Below are positions 1 to 13,049 of a stretch of DNA of 64,000 nucleotides, piece after piece. Every line of letters starts with the position of its first letter. Position 1 is the first letter of the stretch. The notes beneath the pieces were generated by a model that ran no database searches, was not told the DNA's origin, and was given only the letters and a program-made list of their open reading frames with translations. The translations under genes and the position numbers were made by a program. Source of the stretch: Octopus sinensis (taxonomy: Eukaryota); contig NC_043007.1 in NCBI RefSeq assembly GCF_006345805.1, positions 16,182,001 through 16,246,000 on the forward strand. Reading direction: 5' to 3'.

Positions 1-1075
1 ATGGACAAGAACATGAACACCACAGAGCGACACAAGAACCACAGGACGGGACATTCGAAGCCCTCAGTCATCAGTCAAGAACCAGATCATCTTAGCAATT
101 TCGGCTGATTATCTTGAGATTGCTCCGATATGCCAGCCAGCCAAGGGAAATCTAAGCCAAGCGCATTAGATCCCCTGGAAGAAAGCTTCGAATGTATACA
201 ACGCGAGGACGGAAAACGAACGAAGTACATAAACAAAAATACAGAATACGTGACACCATAAGAATACAAAAACGTAAAAACATAATTAAAAAAAAACGGT
301 AAAAATAAAAATAAAAAATAATAACAACAAAACAAAACCAGACGTGGGACAAGGTTCCTTTCGACGGACGAGTTAAGTATGGGGCTGGCTTGTGAAGTTG
401 TTGCCATGGCCACGGGGAGACGAACAAATACGTGTTTGCTTCTGCGGCTGCTGAAACAAAGAGCGCTCAACGGCGGCTAGCTTTCAGTCACGTGAGACAG
501 AAAGACAGAGAAATGGGACAGATGAAAGAGAGAGAAGGTGACGATGGAGGAGAAGAAAAGATACAGATCGAGGAGGCTGGAGGGTTGAGAGAGATAGAGA
601 AACGTAGAAGGGGGGGAGACGGATGGAGAGGGAAAGAAAGGAAGGGAATAAGGGAGGAAGAGAGAGAGAGAAAAAGAGACAGATTAAGAGTCGTATCAAT
701 GCTAGAGAAAAAATATACTTATCGATAAGGTCAATTGTGATACGTAGCCGCCCGATTATATATGTAAACAGTAAAAATAATTGCAGACATGGACAAGAAC
801 ATGAAACACCACAGAGACGACACGAACCACAGGACGGGACATTCCGAAGCCCTCAGTCATCAGTCCAGAACCAGATCATCTTAGCAATTTCGGCTGATTA
901 ATCTTGGATTGCTCGATATGGCCAGCCAGCCAAGGGAAATCTAAGCCAAGCGCATTAGATCCCCTGGAAGAAGCTTCGAATGTATACAACGCGAGGACGG
1001 AAAACGAACGAAGTAATAAACAAAAATACAGAATACGTGACACCATAGAAGATACAAAAACGTAAAAACATAACG
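1..1075. repeat. Direct repeat pair of about 290 bp (1-290 and 789-1075), probably a retroelement terminal repeat
   Basis: Near-identical copies starting atggacaagaacatgaa(a)caccacagag that differ mostly by 1-nt indels. Confidence 0.75.
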
Positions 1076-1933
1076 GTAAAATTAAAAAAAAAAAAATAAT
1101 AAACACCAAAACATATTATATATATATATATTATATATATATAATGAACCATGTAATTCACACTCTGGAAAATTTATTTCTGTAAAATGTTGGGAGTGGA
1201 TAACATTTCCGAGGCTTCCACCTCACCTCACCCCATTTTTCGAACCCAAAAAGTGTTTTGTAGCATATTAGGAGGTCACAGGAATTCATTCAACGAAAAA
1301 AAAAAAGCAAAAAGAATTCCCAATGATTCCGGGGTTGGATGGGGGCTCGCCCCCACCTTTTTTTTCGAACCAAAATAAGAGATTTGCAGCATATTAGGAG
1401 GTGAGGGTACTTGATTCCACGTAAAAAATCTAAGTGTATTTCTTTTTTCTTAGTGAAAATCGTGCAGGTATTAATCTAAAAATTTACTCATTGTTTTTCT
1501 TTCTCGCCATTGCTAGACAGGTGACTTAACTCATATTAGCAAACTTACAGGTTTCACCGACGTGGCAATTGATAAACGTTATGGTTGAAAATCTATTTTT
1601 ATCACTATCTGTGGGTGCCTCGGGGAAAATAAGTTGACAAAAACACAGTCGTGACCGTAACCAATGTCCTAAAATTGTAGTGACATGCGTGCTAATTTGT
1701 GGACGTGCATAAATTACATTCACGTGTACACACACACACACACATCCTGCATTTTATAGATAAATAGATAAATAAGTGATTTAAAATAAATATATTTTAA
1801 TTGTTGTGTAAGAAAGTATATATAATCTGATTATAAAACAGTGTCTTTCAAAAACATCCTAAATTTGAAGAATATATCTCGTGTTTAAGAAAAAAAGCAT
1901 TTTACACTTTTATTTTTGATGAACGCAGTCTAT

Positions 1934-1978
<45 letters not shown>

Positions 1979-2191
1979 TCACTCCGCTATGACAAGAAGG
2001 AGACTTAACTCATGTTAGTAAACTTCAAAATTGGAAAAGGTTATGGTTGAAAATCGATTTTACCGCTATCCATGGGTGCCTCGGGAAAAATAAACTGACA
2101 ATACCCAGCTAGGGTCGTAACGAATGTCCTCCTAAATTTGTGGACGCACATAAATTATATTACGTACACACATACATATGTGCTCAACAAA

Positions 2192-2219
2192 AGATAACCT
2201 CTTCAAAACAGGTATATAA
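2192..2219 (+). promoter_or_regulatory. Putative core promoter of copy 1: GATA site plus TATA box
   Basis: AGATAA at 2192-2197 and TATATAA at 2213-2219; same 21-nt spacing as upstream of copy 3. Confidence 0.5.
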
Positions 2220-2306
2220 TTACAAATTAGGTGTTAACGACATTTGCTTGAGAAAAACGTGGTCACTTGTAAATACGAACATATTATTGCAACAGTAACC
2301 GATATT

Positions 2307-2670
2307 ATGGATATATCAACATTTTATTTTACAGAAAATGTTAATATCCAAACTTTATTATTTGGATTGGTTATTTTACTGATCATACAATGGTTTGTGG
2401 CACGGTCAAACTACAATTTACCTCCGGGTCCAATAGCTTTTCCAATAATTGGAAATCTGCCTCAGATTATTTCCAGCACTGATCTTTATTTAAAGATAGG
2501 AGATCTTCGAAAACAATATGGAGATATTTTTAGACTCAAGGTTGGTTCTGATAACTTCGTGTTCGTATGTAAAACTGAACTGATTTTGGAAGGATTGGTA
2601 AAGAAAGGAGAGCAACTGAAAGGAATATGCAACTGGGTTTACATTTTTGATAAAGTTTTCCAAAGAAAAG
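2307..2670 (+). CDS. CYP2-like copy 1, exon 1
   Basis: ATG at 2307; MDISTFYFTENVNIQTLLFGLVILLIIQWF...LPPGPIAFPIIGNL; donor AG/gtaagt at 2671, phase 1. Confidence 0.93.
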
Positions 2671-2913
2671 GTAAGTTTCTTCTAATAAATGTTTTCATTT
2701 GGTCCTCATCGAGAATAATGCGTTCCTGAAAATGTGACTAATGTGAAATTCTGTTGTACGAAATTAATTTTCCTATTGATTTTCATACAATCAAGTGAGA
2801 CTGCGTTCCTACGCAATTTCGTTGATTATATGAAAACAGAGAACAGGCAACGCGATCGCATTTATGCACGAAAATAATTATTTCTGAACACTCTGTATAA
2901 TATAGATAAATAA

Positions 2914-3145
2914 AGGCGGTGAGCTGGCAGAAACGTTAGCACGCCGGGCGAAATGCGTTGCCGTATTTCGTCTGCCGTTACGTTCCGAGTTCAAATTCCG
3001 CCGAGGTCGACTTTGCCTTTCATCCTTCCGGGGTTGATAAATTAAGTACCAGTTACGCACTGGGGTCGATGTAATCGACTTAATCCGTTTGTCTTTCCTT
3101 GTTTGTCTCCTCTGTGTTTAGCCCCTTGTGGGTAGTAAAGAAATA
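2914..3145 (+). mobile_element. tRNA-derived SINE, family B
   Basis: Head ggcggtgagctggcagaaacgttagc, B-box GAGTTCAAATTCC, tail gggtagtaaagaaata; many copies in the window. Confidence 0.85.
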
Positions 3146-3556
3146 AATATAGATACATAAAAACAAAAACAAAACATTCCAAGCGAAATAAGGGAATTCA
3201 TAAAAATCATAATATAGTAAGAGTACGTTCTTACTACAAAAGATGTGTGGGATGGGGGTGGAATGAGCTTTTCTATGAGGATGAAGGACAATATTTCGTA
3301 GCTTATATTTCATTATAACGAACATCAGATTGAGGGATGAAAATCTTATCCAAAGTTGCTTGTTGTTTATAAGGCTTTATCTCTCTGTATAAGAATTCAG
3401 ATCATTGTAAACTCCCCTTGAACTCAGACAACATCTGCTGAATAGTAAAGAGAGAAACGAGTATATTCCATGCTTACTCAAAAGTGAGAGAAACAACATT
3501 TTCAGAGTTGGAGAAGAACTACTGTATAGGTGAGTGTATGTGCGTGCGTGTATGTG

Positions 3557-3617
<61 letters not shown>

Positions 3618-3869
3618 TCTATTAACAACAATTAAACGCTTCGAAAGTCATGATTCTGCATCGCTAAAATACATGAATGTAACACGTCTATATTTTTCAT
3701 ACAATATAGGAGGATTTTTCTGCATAACGAGAAGAAAATATTCATTTCTGTATATTTGTTATCTCAATATTCTATCGTCCTCTATCATCCTTCAAATATT
3801 TTTTTCAGTTTTAAATATTTCAAAACGAATTATATGTTGAAATGTTAAGTTTTACCTTCATTGTTTCAG

Positions 3870-4095
3870 GTGTCAGTTTTAATTCTGGAAAAGAATGGAA
3901 AGACCTCAGAAGGTTTATTATGTCAACATTTCGGGATTTAGGAATAGGAAAAACAAATACAGAAAAAAAGATATATTTAGAAACACTGACATTGGGCGAA
4001 TTTTTTGAATCTCACAATGGCAAACCGTTTTCCTTGAGTAACCCGATGTCCTATTACTCGTTGATTATTATATACAGTATCATATTTGGTGAAAG
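3870..4095 (+). CDS. CYP2-like copy 1, exon 2
   Basis: ttgtttcag acceptor; GVSFNSGKEWKDLRRFIMSTFRDLGIGK...IIFGER (C-helix WxxxR); donor gtgagt; 226 nt. Confidence 0.93.
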
Positions 4096-4145
4096 GTGAG
4101 TGGTGGAAAATACATGTATTCATATATTTGTGTTTGTATATGTAT

Positions 4146-4560
4146 AGGCGCAGGAGTGGCTGTGTGGTAAGTAGCTTGTTTACCATCCACATAGTTCCGG
4201 GTTCAGTCCCACTGCGTGTTACCTTGGGCGTGTGTCTTCTACTATAGCCTCGGGCCGACCATAGCCTTGTGAGTGGATTTGGTAGACGGAAACTGAATGA
4301 AGCCCGTCGTATATATGTATATATATGTATGCGTGTGTGTGTTTGTATGTCTGTGTTTGTCCCCCTAGCATTGCTTGACAACCGATGCTGGTGTGTTTAT
4401 GTCCCCGTTACTTAGCGGTTCGGCAAAAGAGACCGATAGAATAAGTACTGGGCTTACAAAAGAATAAGTCCCGGGGTCGAGTTGCTCGATTAAAGGCAGT
4501 GCTCCAGCATGGCCGAAGTCAAATGACTGAAACAAGTAAAAGAGTAAAAGAGTAAAAGAG
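4146..4560 (+). mobile_element. tRNA-derived SINE, family A (head, body, internal TA/TG microsatellite, tail)
   Basis: aggcgcaggagtggctgtgtgg A-box, GGTTCAGTCCC B-box, tail actgaaacaag(taaaagag)n. Confidence 0.85.
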
Positions 4561-5420
4561 TATGCATGCGCGTGTTAGTGTGTGTGTGTGTTCGTGTTTG
4601 AGTGTGTGTGTATGGAGAATGATTGTTCCTTGAGATTTTCTCCATTTCTTATTGGAACTGTTTTCAATCATCCTTTCGAGGATGCAAAATCTTTTCTAGA
4701 CGAGGAGATCATTTTAGTAAGTCTTGAATTTGTATTGTTTGGTATTTAATATAACTGTATTTATCCATGTTATTTAAATACATGCTTCTGGTCATTCTGA
4801 GTAATTTATTTTAGCTGAATTTTGCTTAAATTATGCACATATTCTTAATTTCATCTGTATTTATCTATGTCCCTTGGCTATTAGAGATAGGTTAGGAAAA
4901 TCGCCGCGCTAATGATGCATTTTGAGGCAGAAACACGCCGCCTGGACTGTCCTCTTATTTGCAGACAATAAGCTGCTTCTTTCACTTTATGGCGTGCAAA
5001 GTTTGGTGCTGGTGTTAATTGCCATTTCATAATTATAACTCATTATCAAGGTGTGGCGATAGTTTTAATACATCAATGAGATCTTTGTGGTTATCATCAC
5101 TGCATGTCAAAATCTTAAAATTTTTTTTGATATATCAGATAGACGTAATTTTTCACGCTGAATCCGAATTTGTTATTCATTTATTCCAGAAAAGATTTGC
5201 GAAAATGTTTCAGGTGTTCAAAATTTGATAATTTTCAGAATTTTATATATATATATACATACATACATATATATTATAAATTAAATTAGAGATAAAACCA
5301 CTATTAGGCAACTCATAATCCTTAATATTATTATATATATTATATATATATTATTTTTTATTTCATCTAGTTTCAGCTCACGAGCTGTGGCCATGCTGGG
5401 GCACCGCCATTAATATATAT

Positions 5421-5508
<88 letters not shown>

Positions 5509-5973
5509 AGGAAAAGAATCTGAAAAATGCAAGAGTCATTTAAAAGAATTTATTAACTTAAAAGGATTTTCAAAAATAAAGTGTAAGGTTTTATGTATCC
5601 TCTGTGCAGTCAAAAATTAATTTACAAAAATGTATTCAAATCAAGTGATGGAGTCTTTGACAATGATAAGAAAAAGTCCGAGGCTTTGTGTATCCTCTGG
5701 GCTGTGTTAAAAGATAGTTTACATAAAAATATTCAGATCGGGTAATAATATTTTTTTATAATGACAAGAAAAATTTAGTTACATGAATATATCGAGATAT
5801 ATCTATCTCATTACCTGATCTAGATATAGTAGCATTATACGTACTTCCAGGTTTGTGTTTGGGTATCTGTCATGTGTGAATGGGTAATTGAAGAAATTGG
5901 AGTCAACAAGAAGGGGTACATTTATTTTTTAATCAATACAATTACTTAAGTTTTTATGTTTTTGTTTTTCAAG

Positions 5974-6100
5974 GATCGCATTCGGAGAACCTGAGATTAT
6001 GGAAATCCTTGAAAATTTCAAATTTTTCTTCAAACATGTTAGTGCAGTTATACCAGAAAATTTCATCCCATTCTTAAGATTTCTTCGATGGAATTCTCCC
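5974..6100 (+). CDS. CYP2-like copy 1, exon 3
   Basis: RIAFGEPEIMEILENFKFFFKHVSAVIPENFIPFLRFLRWNSP; 127 nt; donor gtaagt; same length as copy 3 exon 3. Confidence 0.9.
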
Positions 6101-6396
6101 GTAAGTATAAAAACTTAACATTAAAATATGAATATTAAATCTACTAAGTCCAGGGTATATCTAAAAAAATTCAGGTCCAGGATTCCAACAGATTCAGAAG
6201 AAAATTTCCAAATAAATACGATTCCAGAATTTCCTGTTTATTTATTTCATCCTTTCAACGTAGGAAGCGGATATGCTATGTTCAAAATTTCATTACTGTT
6301 AAGTATGGAAACAAGTTTTACCCCAACGGCTTTGAAAACACTTTTGTGCAAGTACATGCACCATACGCACATACACACAGATATATATATATACAG

Positions 6397-6448
<52 letters not shown>

Positions 6449-6455
6449 TACAGAT

Positions 6456-6490
<35 letters not shown>

Positions 6491-6644
6491 TATATATAAT
6501 ATTATATATTATATATTATATACATGTATATATATATATATATAATATATATATATATATATAATATATATATATATATTATATAATAGATATATATATA
6601 TATATATTATATATATCTATATATATATGTATATATAAATTATC

Positions 6645-6714
<70 letters not shown>

Positions 6715-7149
6715 ATTTGTATATATAATATATAACAGAAAGATATACAACACACGCACACATGTCTCTGCACCTGCATTATTCATATTTGCTTATGTTT
6801 GGGTATGTGCTCATAATCGTGGAATGTCACATACCATTGACATATTTCGACGTCAAACGTGATTCATGGGGTTTTAGCCTCATAGGGTTGTAGGTTCATA
6901 AGTTTGTGTAAAACAATTAACGTCATAAACTGAGGAAGCTCAGCATAAATTTATAGACGCATGTGACTTTTATGCATAAAGTTCATATAATGCATATAAT
7001 TGATGTCCAGAGAAAAAAAACCTATCCAAATTGAAGAGATGGCTAATTAGGTGGGGGTGTTCTGCTTGAAACTTCGGAGTGTGAAATATTGTTTATCCGT
7101 GTAAGGAAAGGTTTCATCCAGAATATTTAAAATATTCACTTTCGATATA

Positions 7150-7520
7150 ATATTGTTTGATATTTCAGCGATTCAAAGCTTGCATTTGCTACATCATCCG
7201 AATGATACTCTAAGTTATCTAGGGGTTACTCACTCCACTTTCTTTCCGTAATGGATAGGGATGTTGCGTTTTCTGTCTGTTTATTTTGGTTTGTTTTTGT
7301 GTCTCTAAACGAAGTCACATGCTGCGTGTACTTCTCTTTAAAGACGTTTCCCGTATTACCGTATTTTGTTAATCTCTTGAAATCAGTAATGTTGGCCTTG
7401 TATACTTGTTCTCCATACACCTGCTGTGAGTAAATACCATAAGATCTTCGCATAAATATCATAAGATCTTCAAAAGAAATACGGTTAAATTTAGCTATAG
7501 TTGCCTCCCCAATATAGGGT
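7150..7520 (-). mobile_element. Degenerate Penelope-like GIY-YIG endonuclease fragment
   Basis: VYKANIT...YGNTGNVFKEKYTQHVTSFRD...NATSLS fits the PLE VVY...YIG.T...FK.R...H..SF...T.LS pattern. Confidence 0.55.
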
Positions 7521-7955
7521 CGATAAAATTTAACCACAATAAAAATAACAATACTAGGAATATCCCCCAAAAGACCGTGCGATTTCAGATCTCCTAATAG
7601 CTGTCCCCTGAACAAAAGTTGCTTGGAGAAAAAGAATAAAATATAAATGATATAAAGTGTATGGCAGAAAATATTACGGACAGGAAAAACCATTACATTT
7701 ACATATAGTCATCATGAAAAAAAACATTCCAACGCATTTTCTCTTCACTATCTCCCTTTCACTCCATATATTTTCTTAGAAAGCGGATATAGTTGTTGGA
7801 TTAATGAATAACTGAACATATTTTATTGACTGAAAAAGTGAGTTGACTCCATTTACATGTAAACTCAAAATAAAATTTGATGGAACAGAATATCATAATG
7901 TAAAACATTTAATTTGACACATGCATAACTATTGTAATTGATTGTTTCTATATAG

Positions 7956-8111
7956 ATAGAAAACGTTATCAAGAAACGGCAAGAACTCCGAAGTTACGTA
8001 AAAACTAAAATCATAAAACATAAGAAACGTTTAATGCTGAAAACATAAGAGATTTCATTGATATTTATTTGCTGTCGCTTGAGAAGGAACCAAACCAGGA
8101 ATCTTTATCTG
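7956..8111 (+). CDS. CYP2-like copy 1, exon 4 (1-nt deletion near 8022)
   Basis: IENVIKKRQELRSYVKTKIIKH, then after frame correction ETFNAENIRDFIDIYLLSLEKEPNQESLS; cataagaaacg versus cataaagaaacg in copy 3. Confidence 0.88.
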
Positions 8112-8292
8112 GTGAGTTTTATATGAGCTGTTAATTGTATTCTTTCCATTTCTTAAATGATGTCAACAAAAAATTCACAAATTAAAATGTTTTAATCGTA
8201 GAAACTGAATAAAATATAAATTATATAAAAGGTATGATAGAAAATATTACGAAAAGAAAAAAATACATTTATAATAAACAAATCATCAGTAT

Positions 8293-9050
8293 CAGGCGCA
8301 GGAGTGGCTGTGTAGTAAATAGCTTGCTTACGAACAACATGGTTCCGGGTTCAGTCCCACTGCGTAGCACCTTGGGCAAGTGTCTTCTACTATAGCTTCA
8401 GGCCGACCAAAGCCTTAGTGAGTAGATTTGGTAGACGGAAACAAATATATATACAGAACTCACGTTATACTTACATATACGAACGAGGTTGTTGGCGGGC
8501 AATTTAAATCTGGCCTTGTACATACATGCATATATATGTATGTTTGGACGTTATATTTGTATTTATGTGCTAATGTGGTATATTCAACTGACGAAAGCAG
8601 AGCTTATTTGAAGCAAAGCTAGAGATCCAGGATCTTGAATTATCCAGTAATATCTTTTTGCTAGTTTATTTTGTCTCTCTGTCTTGTCTCGTGGTGCGAT
8701 ATGAACATTTTAGGTGGTTTTTAGAGTCAGGGTTTGAGTGCTATTTCGGCATGGTGGTGTCTCTCAGATACACTTATTTATATATATAATATATATATAT
8801 ATATATTATATATAATATATATATATATATATATATGTTTGTGTGTTTGTCCCCCCAACATCGCTTGACAACCGATGCTGGTGTGTTTGCATCCCCGTAA
8901 CTTAGTAGTTCGGCAAAAGAGACCGATAGAATAAGTATTAGGCTTACAAAGTCCTGGGGCTGATTTGCTCGACTAAAGGCGGTACTCTAGCATAGCCGCA
9001 GTCAAATGACTGAAACAAGTAAAAGAGTAAAAGAGTAAAAGAGTAAAAGT
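8293..9050 (+). mobile_element. SINE family A, split copy (head 8293-8440, tail 8835-9050)
   Basis: Same head and tail consensus as 4146-4560. Confidence 0.75.
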
Positions 9051-9145
9051 ATATTTTCTGTTCACCTATATCTTTTTCTCTTTGTATACTTACCTATAAA
9101 CATACATACATACATACATGTGAGTGTGTGTGTGTATGTATGTGA

Positions 9146-9179
<34 letters not shown>

Positions 9180-9190
9180 ATGTGTGTGTG

Positions 9191-9225
<35 letters not shown>

Positions 9226-10156
9226 GGTGTGTGTGTGTGTGTGTGTGTGTGTTCTGAAAGTTTCTATAGAAACACAACGAACGGATAATCCACACATAGG
9301 GCTCGTCAGTTATTGTCCTAATAATCATAACATTTTCACGCCTTTAAAGACAATATCTTTGGGTGGCACTAGTGGCTTCCTGCCGCTGGGAATAGCGGAC
9401 AGACGAGTGAGATAATGACGAAAAGAAACACGACAAAATGTGGATATATAAACAAAATAATATGATTATATATTATACAAACAAACAAAATGGCCTTGCG
9501 ACTCTAAGACAAGACGAAAATAGGATAATGGAAAGGAAAATGTCTTATGGGACTGGAAAGTATAAAGGGACAAATGGGAAACCAAAACGAGGGATGAAAA
9601 AATATCCCCTTTTTTTCTTTTGGGAGTTATGAGGGATGCATGCTTTTGCATCGTTCTACTTCGTCTGCTAGTGGAGGCACATGGCCTAGTGGTTAGAGCA
9701 GAAGGTAATGGTGAAACTTCTGCTAACTCTTTCGCCACAACTTTCTGTCACTCTTTCCTCCTGCATCTTGCAGTTCACCTGCGACGGACCGGCTTCCCGT
9801 CTAGGTGGGGAACCTATACGCCAAGGAAACCGGGAAATCGGCCCTTATGAGCCAGGCGTGGCTCGAGAAGGAACAAACAAACTTCGTCTGCTACGAAGAC
9901 TAACGCGTGCATCGAACGATATAATGATGTTACTCATGGCCCAAAACAAAATGTGTATCTACGCAAATATAGGTGAAGGATTTTCTCCTGAGGCTATTCT
10001 TGCAACGATAGTCAGGTTTTATCACGTCCGAATAGAAACGAACGTATCAAATATGACGTAACAAGAATATATTTTATTTCGATTTCATTTTTTATACTTT
10101 TTGTATTCCTGTTCTCATTCAAAGTTTCAAAATCTAATTTTATTTCTGCATTGAAG

Positions 10157-10293
10157 AAGCAAATATGGTGCAAACAATCATTGACATATTTGCGGCTGGA
10201 ACAGACACAATTGGTACCTTACTTATCTGGACCTTTCTCTTCATGGCCAAATACCCTGATATACAGAACAAATGTCGAGAAGAAATTAAACAG
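10157..10293 (+). CDS. CYP2-like copy 1, exon 5 (I-helix)
   Basis: EANMVQTIIDIFAAGTDTIGTLLIWTFLFMAKYPDIQNKCREEIKQ; 137 nt. Confidence 0.93.
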
Positions 10294-10454
10294 GTAAATT
10301 ATATTTATATTGCATTTTCTCATTTAATAATTGATAGAGTTACAAAAGATAGATAACTTGAGTATATTTCATACTTACGAATAGTAATGTAGAATAATGG
10401 GTGTTATTGTCCCTCCTTTTTTCTCTGGCTCGCTCTCTTGATGTATGTTATGTA

Positions 10455-10485
<31 letters not shown>

Positions 10486-10810
10486 GCATGTGTGTGTGTG
10501 TGTGTGTGGTGTGTGTGTGTGTGTGTGTATAAAAATATATATATATATATAAAGGGGTTTGTATGATTCTGTATTGAGGGATATATTCAACGGAATTACA
10601 ACTTTGTCTGTTTTTATATTTTATTTATATTCTTTATAATATTAATGTAGAATATAGAATATACAGTATAAATAGTATATATAGTAAAATGAAATGAAGT
10701 ATTGATTGTCTTATTGAATAGATGAAATATTGAATATCAACATTAAGCGACTAGTAAACTTTCTTGCATTTTAGCAGTCTTCAAGGTCCCAGGTTGTGAC
10801 AGGAATGTTC

Positions 10811-10845
<35 letters not shown>

Positions 10846-10876
10846 TATATATATATATATATGTGTGTACACACAT

Positions 10877-10937
<61 letters not shown>

Positions 10938-12041
10938 CACAAATAAAGAGTACAAACCTCATTCAGGGATAGCAAATTCCTATGAAAGTACTGGTCAGTT
11001 ACCTATAAAAAGAATATTGAACATTATATTTAATGCTCAGCTGCAAGATAACTATATAAACCGTGGTTTATATATATTTATTTATTATAATAATAAGAGG
11101 AGAAAATAGAGAGGTAATTAATAAATTATTATTTATTAATTAAAACATTGACAAATATGTCTTACAGCTGTTTCAATTCCAGACCTTCAGAATAATTATT
11201 AATTAAATAAAAAATTATTTGAAAGTCGAATCTCTTCAGAGGTAGTTTAAGATATACAAAATAGGTGTTCAATTCTTGTACGTTTAATAAACGGCTGCAA
11301 ACCGTTAACTGATAAAATTTATACATAAAGAACAGGAATAAGTATATGGTAATAAAAGTAATAATAAGTGCTTAAAAATCGGTTAATTCAACAAGTTAAA
11401 TTAACACTTACTGATAAAATTATTTAAATAGTTAAATATAAAGCTCTCAAAACCGGAAGTAGGCATGAATATAGAAGTGAAGCGCGAAAGAACACCTGGG
11501 AACAATCTAAATTAGGAACATAACACAGCGAGACCCAGAAGAAATAAATAAGTGGTATTTACAGAGAGTTAGAAAATAGTTACAGGTTTACCTGGAATGT
11601 CCTCCACCTTAATTAGATATTATTAATAACCATACACACTTGAATTAAAGTCTACATATATATATATATATTTATATATATATATACATATGCATATATA
11701 TATACACATATACATATATATCATACTTATATATATATATCATATATATTCATATACATATATATGCATGTATACATAATATATATATACACTTCCCTTT
11801 AAGAGCACGTGTGTTTGAAAAGGTTAAACAAAAGCGCGAAAAATTTTCCTAAAAAAGGTTACTAACATCCTTATAAAACATTTCATACCATTTTTTAAAA
11901 TATTTTTTAAAATCACCTTTACACTTCAAAAACTGTATTGAGTAATTATGAAGAGGACGACTATTAATTATGCCAAGTTTCATTGAGAAGTGGGTCAGTG
12001 GAAATCTTTAATGAACATCCCTTTATATATATATATATATA

Positions 12042-12078
<37 letters not shown>

Positions 12079-12475
12079 CGATGCGATGACCCATATTTTA
12101 CCATTAAACACTAAATGATACCAATGATCTTCAAATTAAAATTCTGTCAGCGAGACTTTAACTTGACTCCATAACCTTTCTCATCCTTATTAATTGTCAA
12201 ATTTTCATTCTTCGACATAAACTTATTTATACAGCTTTTATGATCACAAAATCTCTCATGACAAATCTAACGTTCACACACGCCACCAGTGTTAACAGAT
12301 AAAAACAAAGACATAGAACTGGAGATTAACTTCTTTGAAGAATCGGAAACAGAATATCTGAGCCACTCAATATGGTTTCAAAAAGTTCGCTTGATATTTA
12401 AAGGTGTATTCTAGAGATTGAGAACTTCAAAAGCAATTGGTTGACATTGTCGCGGTAGGCGTAGTTGTTTTTTTA

Positions 12476-12916
12476 AGGCAGCGAGCTGGCAGAAACGTTA
12501 GCACGCCAGGCGAAATGCTTAGCGGTATTTCGTCTGCCGTTACGTTCTGAGTTCAAATTCCGCCGAGGTCGACTTTGCCTTTCATCCTTTCGGGGTCGAT
12601 AAATTAAGTACCAGTTACGCACTGGGGTCGATGTATTCGACCGTTTGTCTGTCCTTGTTTGTCCCCTCTATATTTAGCCCCTTGTGGGCAATAAAGAAAT
12701 AAGAAACGTTAGCATGCCGGGCGAAATGCTTAGCGGTATTTCGTCTGCCGTTACGTTCTGAGTTAAAATTCCGCCGAGGTCGACTTTGCCTTGCATCCTT
12801 TCAGGGTCAATAAATTAAGTACCAGTTACGCACTGCAGTCGATATAATCGACTTAATCCGTTTGTCTGTCCTTGTTTGTCCCCTCTGTGTTTAGCCCCTT
12901 GTGGGTAGTAAAGAAA
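12476..12916 (+). mobile_element. SINE family B head-to-tail dimer with 12-bp TSD
   Basis: Two tandem units flanked by taggcgtagttg (12456-12467) and taggtgtagttg (12917-12928). Confidence 0.85.
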
Positions 12917-13049
12917 TAGGTGTAGTTGACTGACTGCGTATATTACAAACAGAAGCAAAATTCTTGAATATTTAACATCAAATTTATTTAAGGGAAGACT
13001 AAATATCAATACATGCATAAATTACAAATCCTCACAAGTAGAGAGGCTA

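Noticed and set aside
432-901. Charged E/R/K-rich ORFs
   Set aside because: GA-rich low-complexity sequence between two repeat copies; no recognisable domain.
2244-2306. In-frame upstream extension (TTG start) of the copy 1 exon 1 ORF
   Set aside because: Copy 3 aligns from the ATG at 2307; the upstream sequence overlaps the conserved promoter and 5' UTR.
4146-4225. tRNA-like A/B boxes (also in families B and C)
   Set aside because: They are SINE heads: multi-copy, attached to conserved bodies and tails, some with TSDs, and without a complete cloverleaf.
8015-8030. Idea that A-to-I editing could rescue copy 1
   Set aside because: Editing substitutes bases and cannot correct a 1-nt deletion; skipping exon 4 (phase 0 to 1) is also out of frame.
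10745-10790. Hammerhead-like remnant on the minus strand (gacCTTGAAGActgc...gcaaGAAAgtttacTAgtc)
   Set aside because: Extra base in the core and a weak stem II; could be chance in AT-rich repeat DNA.
11155-11195. Hammerhead-like remnant on the minus strand (CTGAAGG...GAAACAGCTGTA)
   Set aside because: No stem II, A9 changed and stem I does not pair; too decayed to call.
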